DNA of 64,000 nt from Candidatus Nomurabacteria bacterium (GTDB taxonomy: Bacteria > Patescibacteriota > Minisyncoccia > Phycocordibacterales > UBA9973): contig CALRAL010000001.1 of the NCBI GenBank assembly GCA_943350875.1, positions 4,829-68,828 of the forward strand, read 5' to 3'. This document shows positions 45,687 to 54,968 of the stretch, one piece after another; the stretch's first letter is position 1; every line of letters begins with the position of its first letter. The notes beneath the pieces were generated by a model. The model had not been told where the DNA came from. It saw only the letters and a list, made by a program, of their open reading frames with translations, and searched no databases. The position numbers and the translations under genes were made by a program.

Positions 45687-46088
45687 ATGAATAAATTAAA
45701 AATATTTGCGCCAATAGTTTTACGCTTAGGAATGGTTTTTGTATTTGTTTGGTTTGGACTCAATCAACTTTTAAATCAATCGATGTGGGTTTCGCTCATA
45801 CCAGTTTGGATTGTGAATGCGACAGGTATCAGTGCTGGAGCATTTGTGGTGATAAATGGTTTATTTGAAATTATTATGGCCATGATGCTTTCTTTTGGTT
45901 TTCATATTCGCTTGGTTGCTACACTATTGTTCCTACATTTAGCGATGATTGTTTCTGATGTGGGTCTTTCTGCAGTAGGTGTTCGAGATGTTGGGCTAAT
46001 GTTTGGTTTGCTTTCTGTGGCTTTTCAAGGAGCTGATATTTATTCTTATGATGAGGTAGAAATAGTATCTGAAATGAGTCCGCAATAA
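45687..46088 (+). CDS. DoxX-family membrane protein
   Basis: 133 aa, 4 TM, LRLGMVFVFVWFGLNQL-type N-terminus. Confidence 0.45.
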   Translation: MNKLKIFAPIVLRLGMVFVFVWFGLNQLLNQSMWVSLIPVWIVNATGISAGAFVVINGLFEIIMAMMLSFGFHIRLVATLLFLHLAMIVSDVGLSAVGVRDVGLMFGLLSVAFQGADIYSYDEVEIVSEMSPQ

Positions 46089-47254
46089 TGAGAAAAAGAA
46101 TTTATTTTATTTTAATTATTTTAGCTTTAGCTTTTTTGCTGTTTATAATTTTTTCTATTGTGCCAGAGTTTTTTGGTGCCGGAATTGTTTCTTACAAAAA
46201 AAGGGAAGTGATAAAAGAGATGATTAAAAAAGTGGTAGAACATAAATTACCTCCTCTTGACACTGTGCTTTATGATAAGAAAATGCTTGTTTTAGCAAAC
46301 AATCCTGTGCCTAAGGTAGTGGTGCCAAAAGTGCCCAAAACAGTGAAAAAGGTCAAAGCTGGCAAAACAGCAGTATCAGCTGTTTTGCCAGCTCCCGAGC
46401 CTGTTCCAACGCCTTCACCTGCCCTCAAACCCACGCTTTGGCCTGTAAAGACCATGTATCCCCTCGCTGGGGCAATATTGCCATTTAGCCGAATAGTCGC
46501 TTATTATGGCAATTTATACTCAAAAGGGATGGGTGTTTTGGGTCAATATTCAACAGATGAGATGCTTTCTCAGCTCGATGTAGAGGTGAAGAAATGGAAA
46601 CTTGCCGACCCGAGCACTCCTGTCATTCCAGCACTTCATTACATAACAGTTGTAGCTCAAGGTAATGCAGGAGCCGATGGAAAATATCGATCTAGGATGC
46701 CATACAGTGAAATAGATAAAGTGTTAGAAATTGCTAAAAAAGTGAATGCTATTCTATTTCTAGATGTGCAAGTTGGGTTTAGCACTCTAGAGAATGAGCT
46801 TCCACTTTTAGAAAAATATTTAAAATTACCACAGGTCCACCTAGGAATAGATCCAGAATTTTCCATGAAGGGGACTATTCGCCCGGGGAAGATAGTAGGG
46901 ACGTATGATGCGTCTGATATAAATTATGCGATAGATTTTTTAGCTAAAATTGTAAAAGATAATAATTTAACCCCAAAAATACTTGTAGTGCATCGTTATA
47001 CAGAAAAAATGGTGACGAATTATAAAAATATAAAGCCAGTGCCTGAGGTAGAAGTAGTGATGAATATGGATGGGTGGGGGGTGAAGGCGAAAAAGTTGAA
47101 TACCTATAAAGAATTTGTATATAAACAACCAGTGCAGTTTACAGGTTTTAAATTATTTTACAAAAATGATGTTTTGACGCCAGGTACTGTACTATTTACT
47201 CCCGAAGAATTACTCAAACTAAACCCTCGTCCGATATATATACAATATCAGTAG
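46088..47254 (+). CDS. Hypothetical membrane-anchored protein with a Pro/Val/Lys-rich linker
   Basis: 388 aa; N-terminal TM; PVPKVVVPKVPKTVKKVKAGK linker. Confidence 0.4.
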   Translation: MRKRIYFILIILALAFLLFIIFSIVPEFFGAGIVSYKKREVIKEMIKKVVEHKLPPLDTVLYDKKMLVLANNPVPKVVVPKVPKTVKKVKAGKTAVSAVLPAPEPVPTPSPALKPTLWPVKTMYPLAGAILPFSRIVAYYGNLYSKGMGVLGQYSTDEMLSQLDVEVKKWKLADPSTPVIPALHYITVVAQGNAGADGKYRSRMPYSEIDKVLEIAKKVNAILFLDVQVGFSTLENELPLLEKYLKLPQVHLGIDPEFSMKGTIRPGKIVGTYDASDINYAIDFLAKIVKDNNLTPKILVVHRYTEKMVTNYKNIKPVPEVEVVMNMDGWGVKAKKLNTYKEFVYKQPVQFTGFKLFYKNDVLTPGTVLFTPEELLKLNPRPIYIQYQ

Positions 47255-47446
47255 AAAGTAGTATAATGTATAGCATTATGGAAAATATAAATTTAAATAA
47301 AAACACTAAGAAGAAGGCCTTTTTAGATTATTCTGAAGGAGGAAAAGAAAGGTTAAAAAATTCGATCCGTGAAAAACAAAGACTTGGTATTAATTTCACT
47401 AAAGAAGAAAGTGATTTTTGGGAGGCAGATAAAGCTTTCTTTGATA

Positions 47447-47872
47447 ATGATGACCAGCCTTATCACTATCATGGCAAGCATCATTAATTATATGGAATCA
47501 GATAAAGAAGAAAAGGCTTGGCGGGAGGTGAAGAAAAGTGAAAGGTTTAAAAACGCATTTAGGGGTTTGCGAGTTTTGAGTGCGACAACTAGGCATCTAT
47601 GGGTGCATGTATTTTTTACTGTATTGGCTGTAGTTTTTGGATTTTGTTTTAATATTTCTAGTTTTGAATGGATAGTAATTATTTTTTCTATTGGTTTTGT
47701 CTTTGTGACAGAAGCGGTAAATACAGCCATAGAGATAGACATAGATCTGACTTCTCCAGAATATCATCCATACGCTAGAGACACTAAAGACGTCGCTGCG
47801 GGGGCAGTATTGCTCTCTGTTTTTACTGCAGTAACAGTCGGACTCATTATTTTCCTGCCTAAAATTTTTTAA
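47447..47872 (+). CDS. dgkA: Diacylglycerol kinase (prokaryotic DgkA family)
   Basis: FVTEAVNTAIEIDIDL (EAxNTAIE motif), 3 TM; start trimmed (the ORF-track start at 47369 overlaps the upstream small ORF). Confidence 0.65.
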   Translation: MMTSLITIMASIINYMESDKEEKAWREVKKSERFKNAFRGLRVLSATTRHLWVHVFFTVLAVVFGFCFNISSFEWIVIIFSIGFVFVTEAVNTAIEIDIDLTSPEYHPYARDTKDVAAGAVLLSVFTAVTVGLIIFLPKIF

Positions 47873-47873
47873 G

Positions 47874-47898
47874 AATATCAAGGGTAGTCCTTGATATT
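47874..47898. repeat. REP-like palindrome AATATCAAGGGTAGTCCTTGATATT (copy 1 of 4)
   Basis: Perfect palindrome, near-identical to copies at 61072, 61780 and 62478 that flank a RAYT gene. Confidence 0.7.
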
Positions 47899-47935
47899 TT
47901 ATTGTTATTTTTTAATTTGGTGCTATAATTTCCTT

Positions 47936-48361
47936 ATGGAAAATCAAAAATTAAATGTAGTTTTTATTATTATTTTTGTTCTAATTTTAGGAGGGGTTTT
48001 AACTTTTGTCTCAAAAAGAGGAGGAGATGCCAGTGGTGTGCCAGATGGTAAATATGATACATTTGCCCAATGTTTGAAAGACAAGGGTGCTACTTTTTAT
48101 GGCGCTTTTTGGTGTCCACATTGCCAAGCACAGAAGAAGCTTTTTGGTTCAGCTTATAAATTATTAAATTATGTTGAATGTTCTACGGCTGATGGTAATG
48201 GTCAGACACAGATATGTAAAGATAAAAAGATAGCAAGTTACCCAACTTGGGAATTAAAAGATGGTACTCGTTTACCGGTAGAGAATAGTGCTGGAGTGAC
48301 ACTCGAAACATTGGCACAAAAAACTTCTTGTGAACTTCCACCAGAAGGTGCTACAAAATAA
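47936..48361 (+). CDS. Thioredoxin-fold protein with a CxxC motif (DsbA/thioredoxin-like), membrane-anchored
   Basis: AFWCPHCQAQKK; N-terminal TM; start trimmed to MENQKLNVVF. Confidence 0.6.
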   Translation: MENQKLNVVFIIIFVLILGGVLTFVSKRGGDASGVPDGKYDTFAQCLKDKGATFYGAFWCPHCQAQKKLFGSAYKLLNYVECSTADGNGQTQICKDKKIASYPTWELKDGTRLPVENSAGVTLETLAQKTSCELPPEGATK

Positions 48362-48362
48362 T

Positions 48363-48908
48363 ATGCCAGAATATGTACATATTTTTAATTTGATTTTCGG
48401 TTATGGGGCAATAGTGGCACAGGTTTTATGTTTACTTGTTTTATTCTTATTATTTTTTGGTCCCAAAGAGAATAAATTACTTACTATTATTAAAGAGAAT
48501 TTTGTAACGATTGGATTTATTTTTTCACTACTTATTGCTTTATCTTCATTATTCTATTCCCAAATAGTAGGTTTTGCGCCATGTGCTCTGTGTTGGTGGC
48601 AAAGAGTATTTATCTTCCCGCAAGTTTTTCTTTTTGGGGTAGCATATTTCAAAAAGGATAAAGGAATTTTAAGTTATTCTTTTCCTTTACTCATAACAGG
48701 TATGGTGATAGCTTTTTACCACAATTATATTTACTATTTTGGTGAGGGATTAGCACCTTGTGATTCTTCTGGAGTGTCTTGTGTTCAACGTTTAGTAAAC
48801 GAAATGGGTGGGTACATATCTATCCCATCTTTGTCACTTACGAGTTTTGTTATTTTAATTACTATTTTACTTGTTGTTAAGTTTTACAAAAAAGAGAATG
48901 TTTTGTAA
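48363..48908 (+). CDS. DsbB/BdbC-like disulfide-bond formation protein
   Basis: 4 TM; PCALCWWQRVFIFP (CxxC in the first loop) and a second Cys pair CDSSGVSC; start trimmed to MPEYVH. Confidence 0.6.
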   Translation: MPEYVHIFNLIFGYGAIVAQVLCLLVLFLLFFGPKENKLLTIIKENFVTIGFIFSLLIALSSLFYSQIVGFAPCALCWWQRVFIFPQVFLFGVAYFKKDKGILSYSFPLLITGMVIAFYHNYIYYFGEGLAPCDSSGVSCVQRLVNEMGGYISIPSLSLTSFVILITILLVVKFYKKENVL

Positions 48909-49535
48909 ATGAATTCTTTTACTAAAGAAGAAAAAAAGTTAATGCAGAAGCTAAACACTCCGGCAAAGGTGCAGGATTTCTTAAACACTTTAGAATTTAA
49001 TTTTGAGAAGCCTGCCCGCCGTGGAGGGAATGGGGAAACTCTTAAATCTCCATTATTTACTTTGAGGGCACGAAAGGCGCATTGTATGGAGGGAGCACTC
49101 CTGGGTGCTTATATCTTGTCTCTTCATGGCTATAAGCCACTTATAATGTATATACAATCTACCAAAGATGATTTTGATCATGTAATAGCAATTTTTAAAA
49201 AAGGTGGATTTTATGGAGCGCTCTCAAAGACTAATCATGCAGTACTGCGATATCGTGAGCCAGTTTACAAAAGTATTCGTGAGCTTGTGATATCGTATTT
49301 TCACGAATATTTTTTAGATAATGGTAAAAAGACTTTACGTAAATATTCTTGCTTACTAAACTTAAATATTTTTGGTTCAAAATGGGTGACAGAAGAAGGA
49401 AATTTGTGGTATATAGATAAAAAGCTAGACAAGATGAAACATTATGATATTGCTCCAAAAAAAGTTTTTAAAAATTTGCGCAAGGCAGATAAAATAGAGA
49501 TAAAAGCAGGGAAACTTGTGGAATATAAAAAATAA
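48909..49535 (+). CDS. Hypothetical protein
   Basis: 208-aa ORF; no motif recognised. Confidence 0.35.
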   Translation: MNSFTKEEKKLMQKLNTPAKVQDFLNTLEFNFEKPARRGGNGETLKSPLFTLRARKAHCMEGALLGAYILSLHGYKPLIMYIQSTKDDFDHVIAIFKKGGFYGALSKTNHAVLRYREPVYKSIRELVISYFHEYFLDNGKKTLRKYSCLLNLNIFGSKWVTEEGNLWYIDKKLDKMKHYDIAPKKVFKNLRKADKIEIKAGKLVEYKK

Positions 49536-49964
49536 ATGCAAAAAAATATAAAAGTAAAAGTGATGGTATTTGGGACATTTGATGGGGTACATCCTGGGCA
49601 TTTGGATTTCTTTAAACAAGCAAAAAAGTTAGCAGAAAATGCTTTCTTGACAGTGTCTATTGCTCGAGATAAAAACGTAATTAAAATAAAAAGGGAAAAA
49701 CCCATTTTAAATGAAAAAGAAAGACTTAATTTATTAAAAAAGATAGAAATAATTGATAAAGTAGTACTATCTGGTATTAAAAATCATATACCACACATAG
49801 CTGCGGAAAAACCTGCTATAATAGCCTTGGGATATGATCAAAAAGATTATGTCAGAAACTTAAAAAAAGATTTGAAAAATAAGGGAATTTTAGTAAAAAT
49901 AGTTAGGTTGAAGCCATACAAACAGACTGTTTATAAAAACCACTTGCTTAATAAAAAAAGATAA
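49536..49964 (+). CDS. Nucleotidyltransferase (cytidylyl/adenylyltransferase fold, HxGH)
   Basis: VMVFGTFDGVHPGHLDFFKQAKK. Confidence 0.6.
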   Translation: MQKNIKVKVMVFGTFDGVHPGHLDFFKQAKKLAENAFLTVSIARDKNVIKIKREKPILNEKERLNLLKKIEIIDKVVLSGIKNHIPHIAAEKPAIIALGYDQKDYVRNLKKDLKNKGILVKIVRLKPYKQTVYKNHLLNKKR

Positions 49965-49980
49965 ATATAATATAAATATT

Positions 49981-51282
49981 ATGAAAAATATAAAAGATTT
50001 TTTAACAAATAAAAATTTTATAAATGGGTTTTTGACCAGTCTTATTTCGGTTATTATTGTTTTGGGTATTGTTTCTAGTATTGTTTGGCACAATAGAGGG
50101 GATATTTTTGGATATTTTGCTAAAGAATATCTAAAAGAAACTACAGAAATCGGTTCTGGTAATAAAAATGATACAAAGAATGTTACAGAAAAAATAATTG
50201 AGAAACAATCAATATTTACACAAGAATCTTTTGTCATTGATGCAGTGAAAAAGACGAATCCAGCCGTGGTGTCTATAATCATCTCCAAAGAAGTTCCAAA
50301 GTATGAAGCTTATACAGATCCCAACCAACAGCAAAATCCTTTTGGCGATTTGTTTCCAGGTTTTAATTTCAATTTTAATATCCCACAATATCGTCAAAAT
50401 GGCACAGAGAAGAAAGACATCGGTGGTGGCTCTGGGTTCTTTGTTTCTAGCGATGGTTTGATTGTGACGAACAAACACGTAGTAGATCAAAAGGATGTAG
50501 AATACACTGTTTTTACAAATGATGGCAAAAAGCATTCTGCTAAAGTTATAGCTCGTGATCCAGTTCTCGACATTGCACTGATAAAAGTTGATGGTTCTGG
50601 TTATCCATACCTCTCACTCGGTAATTCTGATTCATTACAAATTGGGCAGAGTGTCATTGCTATAGGGAATGCGCTTGGGGAATTTCGCAATACTGTTTCT
50701 GTCGGCGTTGTTTCAGGACTGGCTCGTTCCATCACCGCTGGAGATGCTTCTGGTAAATCAGAAACCCTTGATCATGTGATCCAGACAGATGCCGCTATTA
50801 ACCCAGGGAATTCTGGTGGACCACTTTTGAATTTATCAGGACAAGTTATTGGGGTGAATGTGGCAGTGGCACAAGGATCTCAGAATATCGGCTTTGCTTT
50901 ACCTATAAATAGTGTTAAAAGCGCCATAGAATCAGTTAAATCAACTGGTAAAATAGTCCGTCCGTATCTAGGAGTCCGTTATGTGGCTATTAATGCAGAA
51001 ATGAAAGAGAAAAATAATTTGACAGTGGATTATGGAGTGCTGGTGAAAGCGGGGAGCAATCCAAATGAGTTGGCGGTCATTCCAGGGAGTCCTGCCGATA
51101 AAGCGGGGATAGTAGAGAATGACATAATACTTGAAGTAGATGCGGTAAAATTGGATGATAAAAATAGTTTGGCTTCTGTCATTAGACAAAAAAGTATTGG
51201 AAATGTTTTGAACCTAAAAATCCTGCACAAAGGTGCAGAAAAAACCGTCTCCGTCACCCTCGAAACTGCGAAGGATAATTAA
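49981..51282 (+). CDS. htrA: HtrA/DegP-family serine protease with a PDZ domain
   Basis: N-terminal TM; catalytic GNSGGPLLNLSGQVIGVN; His and Asp blocks (VVTNKHVV; DIALIKV); C-terminal PDZ. Confidence 0.8.
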   Translation: MKNIKDFLTNKNFINGFLTSLISVIIVLGIVSSIVWHNRGDIFGYFAKEYLKETTEIGSGNKNDTKNVTEKIIEKQSIFTQESFVIDAVKKTNPAVVSIIISKEVPKYEAYTDPNQQQNPFGDLFPGFNFNFNIPQYRQNGTEKKDIGGGSGFFVSSDGLIVTNKHVVDQKDVEYTVFTNDGKKHSAKVIARDPVLDIALIKVDGSGYPYLSLGNSDSLQIGQSVIAIGNALGEFRNTVSVGVVSGLARSITAGDASGKSETLDHVIQTDAAINPGNSGGPLLNLSGQVIGVNVAVAQGSQNIGFALPINSVKSAIESVKSTGKIVRPYLGVRYVAINAEMKEKNNLTVDYGVLVKAGSNPNELAVIPGSPADKAGIVENDIILEVDAVKLDDKNSLASVIRQKSIGNVLNLKILHKGAEKTVSVTLETAKDN

Positions 51283-51295
51283 CTAATACAACCCT

Positions 51296-51360
51296 CTAAA
51301 TCCCCCTTATCAAGGGGACTTAAATAAATACCTCCCCTGACAAGGGGAGGCTAGGAGGGG
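51296..51360. terminator. Tandem GC-rich hairpins (CCCCTTATCAAGGGG and CCTCCCCTGACAAGGGGAGG)
   Basis: Seen directly after htrA; related in style to the 10092-family palindromes. Confidence 0.5.
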
Positions 51361-51438
51361 TTTAAGTTATGGCAGTTGACTTTCGGCTATATATATATTA
51401 GTCTTTAATTGAATAAGATTAATTGAAAGGAATCTATT

Positions 51439-51729
51439 ATGAAAAACATATGTATTATCAAGGACAGTAATACTATCCTTGGTAGTGCTAATGATTTTAT
51501 ACAACGAAAATTCCCAGAACTTATATGTGTTTCCCATTTTAATTCAGTTGATTCTTTTTTTTCGAAAGAAGGGAAAAAACAAGCTGATTTAATTTTGGTT
51601 GATGTTTTCTCAACCACACAGTATGGGTTTAGCACAGTTAGGGCATTAGCGGGATTTGGAAAATCGGTTAGCACTTTTAGCGGAATTTATGAACTTGAAA
51701 GAGAAATTAGTTCTCTGATGAATTCATAA
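51439..51729 (+). CDS. Hypothetical small protein
   Basis: 96-aa ORF. Confidence 0.3.
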   Translation: MKNICIIKDSNTILGSANDFIQRKFPELICVSHFNSVDSFFSKEGKKQADLILVDVFSTTQYGFSTVRALAGFGKSVSTFSGIYELEREISSLMNS

Positions 51730-51777
51730 ATATTCCAATTCAATATATAAAAAAGGGTTCAAGAAATTGAATCCTTT

Positions 51778-52926
51778 TTATTTCACATCTTTCAAACGCA
51801 GAGTCACGAAGAATCCAAAAAGCATGATGGCGCCCAAGATGTAGAAAAGGTAGCCGAAGGAAGGGACTAGGAGGAGTATTGGGATAGCGAGAAGTGGAGC
51901 GATGATAAAAGAAAGCGGGGAAGTATTTCTGAAGAAACTAATTGCATCTGCATCTTTTTCATCTTCTAATTTAAAGAAATAACTTTCGCTCAATACTTCT
52001 ATCATTGAAGCTCCTATCCTCGTGCCGAAAAGTATGATGGCCCAAGTTATCAAACTAGGCTTTTCAAAAAAAGGCATTATCAAAGTAAATATAGCTGTAA
52101 TTATAAATCCATAAAGAAGCATTTTTTTCTCACCTATTTTGTCAGATAAGCGTCCAAGAGGGAACTCTATAACTACAAAAGGAATAAGCATGATGGTGAA
52201 TATTATTCCTATTTTATCCCAACTAAATCCTAAATATTCATGTAAATATATTGGAGTGTAAATAGCCATCCAAGCGAAAAAGAATTTTAAAATAAAATTA
52301 ATTATATAAATTTTAGAGATGTTTCTATTTTTTATGAAGAATCTTACTGTTTTTAAAATAGATATTTTTTTGTATTCTGGATCTTTAAAATTTTTTAAAA
52401 ATAAAGCAAAAATTATCAAAATGAATGCCATGATGCTTGCTGATAGTAGATATATACTACTGAAAGATGCTTTATTTATGATAGGTATAGAAATAACTTG
52501 AGAAATTACCCAGCCTAGATTAAGTATGACTAAATAAAAACCTCTAGATTTACCAATCGAAGAACTTTTTGAGAAATCTTCGACAAATATATCAAACGAT
52601 GAAACTATAAGGTTTATTGATATTATATTTAATACAAAAGCTGAAATAACGACAAATACATTTTTACTAATCCCCATCAAAATAAGTGAAAGTAAAATCA
52701 ATACGCCCATAAATAAGGTGTTTTTTTTGTTACCTATTTTATTTAATAGTTTTGGCACCTCTAACATTCCCCAGATACTCAAAACAGATGCTAGTATGTA
52801 TACCAAACTTACGTAATATTTATTTATATAAATTTCTAAAAAACTGGAACTTATAAAATAAGTAAGAGAGATAGAAATAGAGAACAGAAAACCTATGAAA
52901 TATATTATAATTCTATTATTTTTCAT
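51778..52926 (-). CDS. MFS transporter
   Basis: 382 aa, ~12 TM, Gly-rich loop motifs. Confidence 0.6.
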   Translation of the reverse strand: MKNNRIIIYFIGFLFSISISLTYFISSSFLEIYINKYYVSLVYILASVLSIWGMLEVPKLLNKIGNKKNTLFMGVLILLSLILMGISKNVFVVISAFVLNIISINLIVSSFDIFVEDFSKSSSIGKSRGFYLVILNLGWVISQVISIPIINKASFSSIYLLSASIMAFILIIFALFLKNFKDPEYKKISILKTVRFFIKNRNISKIYIINFILKFFFAWMAIYTPIYLHEYLGFSWDKIGIIFTIMLIPFVVIEFPLGRLSDKIGEKKMLLYGFIITAIFTLIMPFFEKPSLITWAIILFGTRIGASMIEVLSESYFFKLEDEKDADAISFFRNTSPLSFIIAPLLAIPILLLVPSFGYLFYILGAIMLFGFFVTLRLKDVK

Positions 52927-52929
52927 TTT

Positions 52930-54888
52930 TTATACAGCTAAAACTACCGGGATGACGAGTGGTCTCTTGGCAGTTTTTTGATACAAGAATTTTGAAATAT
53001 TTTCACCGAGTCCAGCTTTGATATTATCAAAGTCTATAGGCTGTCCATTATACCCAGGCATTCTAGTCGTAGCGTCTTCTACTGATTTTTTGATAATGAT
53101 TCTTACTTGTCGTAAAAGCTCTTGATTTTCTTTCAGATATACAAATCCACGTGAGATAAGGTCTGGAGACTTCTTTAACTTTCCAGTATTTTGATCAACT
53201 AGCGCAATGATTACAAACATTCCATCTTGGGCGAGCATCAAACGGTCTCTGATGACCACATCCTGAGTGTCGCCGACAGAGACTCCGTCCACCATCATTG
53301 CCCCGCTAGCGGCCTTTTCTTTCCTTAAAATAATTTTTTCTCCATCAGCGGATATTTCAATAATAGAGCCATTGTCGGGAACTATTATATTTTCTTCAGA
53401 CATACCGAGCTCAAGCGCGAGTTCTTTGTGTCGGACTAGCATCGAATGCCAACCATGAATAGGTATGAAGAATTTTGGGTGAGTTTTCCGGTGGAGCCAT
53501 TTTATGTCTTCTTGGTTACCATGACCTGTAGCATGCACAAAATCTTCTCCTGAAGTACGATAGCTGATGATACGTACACCTTGTCTAGTTAATCCGTCTT
53601 TCATCTTTTGGACATCAAGTTCATTACCGGGGACGATAGATGCCGAGAGAACTATGGTGTCATCTTTATGTAAAGTGAATTTCGTATGAGTTTTATTGGC
53701 TGCTCTGTTTAGGGCTGCGAATTCTTCACCCTGTGCACCAGTCATTAGGATCAAGACTTTATTTGGAGGATAATCATTAACTTGTTCTATCGGTATAATG
53801 GTGCCCTTTTTAGGGGTGAAAAGCCCAGCTTCGATAGCTACTTCGATATTTGTTTTCATTGAACGTCCTTCTAGAGCTATCTTTTTGCCGATAGATTCTG
53901 CAAATTTGACTACATGAGCCAGACGAGTGATGTGTGAGGCAAAAGCGGCTATGATCATTCTGCCATTTACTTTTTTTATTAAGTTTTCAAGCCCTTTGTG
54001 TACTTTTTCTTCAGCTAAAGAGAATCCTTCATTTTCTATGTTTGTAGAATCTGTCATCAAGAGTAAAACTTTTGCTTTATCAAAAATAGAATATTCTTTT
54101 TCTTCTTCTTTTGAAACTATCCCATCAACTTGGTCGAGTTTGTAGTCTCCTGGGGTTACTATCCATCCATGGGGTGTTTCTATTATCACTCCCATAGAGT
54201 CTGGTACAGTGTGAGTGACTCCAAAGAATCTGATTTTTATTTTCCCACACATTATAACGTCATCTTTAGTCACGATATTTTCTTTCATAGCTGGCAGGTG
54301 GGGGAATTCTGACTGGCGTTTACGCATGAGAAGGATGGAAAGATTTCTAGAATATACAGGAGGATTTCCGATACGTGAGAGCACAAGTGGTACACCTCCT
54401 ATATGGTCGAGGTGTCCATGGGTGACAATGAGCGCACGAATTTTGTCTTTACGTTCTTCAAGGTACGTAGTATTTGGGATGACATAATCCACCCCGGGGG
54501 TTTCTTCAGTAGAGAAATGCATGCCTGCGTCGACGATGATGATGTCATCTCCTATTTCTATCGCAGTCATATTTTTACCTATTTCTTCAACTCCACCGAG
54601 TGGGATAATACGTACTACACCTTCCTCCGGTGGAGGTATTTTGGCGTCATTTACATTTTTGTATTGATTTTTATTTTGGAAAGATTGGCTCTTATTTCCA
54701 CCCCTTTTACCAAATTTAGAATATTGATAAGTAGAACCTTTTTGAGTTCTCTTCTTTTCTCCACCTTTATGAGCAAAATTGTGTCCTTTATTATTTCCCA
54801 CTGTTCCACTATTATGTGTCGCTTCATGAACTGGTTTCTTTTCATCTATGCTCATAGCAGAAAAGGGCAGTATTGATTTCTTTTTCAT
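52930..54888 (-). CDS. rnj: Ribonuclease J with an N-terminal Lys/Gly-rich extension
   Basis: Metallo-beta-lactamase HGHLDHIGG; beta-CASP and C-terminal domain; ~90-aa basic N-terminal extension. Confidence 0.8.
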   Translation of the reverse strand: MKKKSILPFSAMSIDEKKPVHEATHNSGTVGNNKGHNFAHKGGEKKRTQKGSTYQYSKFGKRGGNKSQSFQNKNQYKNVNDAKIPPPEEGVVRIIPLGGVEEIGKNMTAIEIGDDIIIVDAGMHFSTEETPGVDYVIPNTTYLEERKDKIRALIVTHGHLDHIGGVPLVLSRIGNPPVYSRNLSILLMRKRQSEFPHLPAMKENIVTKDDVIMCGKIKIRFFGVTHTVPDSMGVIIETPHGWIVTPGDYKLDQVDGIVSKEEEKEYSIFDKAKVLLLMTDSTNIENEGFSLAEEKVHKGLENLIKKVNGRMIIAAFASHITRLAHVVKFAESIGKKIALEGRSMKTNIEVAIEAGLFTPKKGTIIPIEQVNDYPPNKVLILMTGAQGEEFAALNRAANKTHTKFTLHKDDTIVLSASIVPGNELDVQKMKDGLTRQGVRIISYRTSGEDFVHATGHGNQEDIKWLHRKTHPKFFIPIHGWHSMLVRHKELALELGMSEENIIVPDNGSIIEISADGEKIILRKEKAASGAMMVDGVSVGDTQDVVIRDRLMLAQDGMFVIIALVDQNTGKLKKSPDLISRGFVYLKENQELLRQVRIIIKKSVEDATTRMPGYNGQPIDFDNIKAGLGENISKFLYQKTAKRPLVIPVVLAV

Positions 54889-54968
54889 TTGTTGGCTTTT
54901 TTTGTTTTTAAAAATTAATAATTAGTTTTCCGCCCAAGGCAGCCTGTCCGCCTCGGGTGGAGATCAGC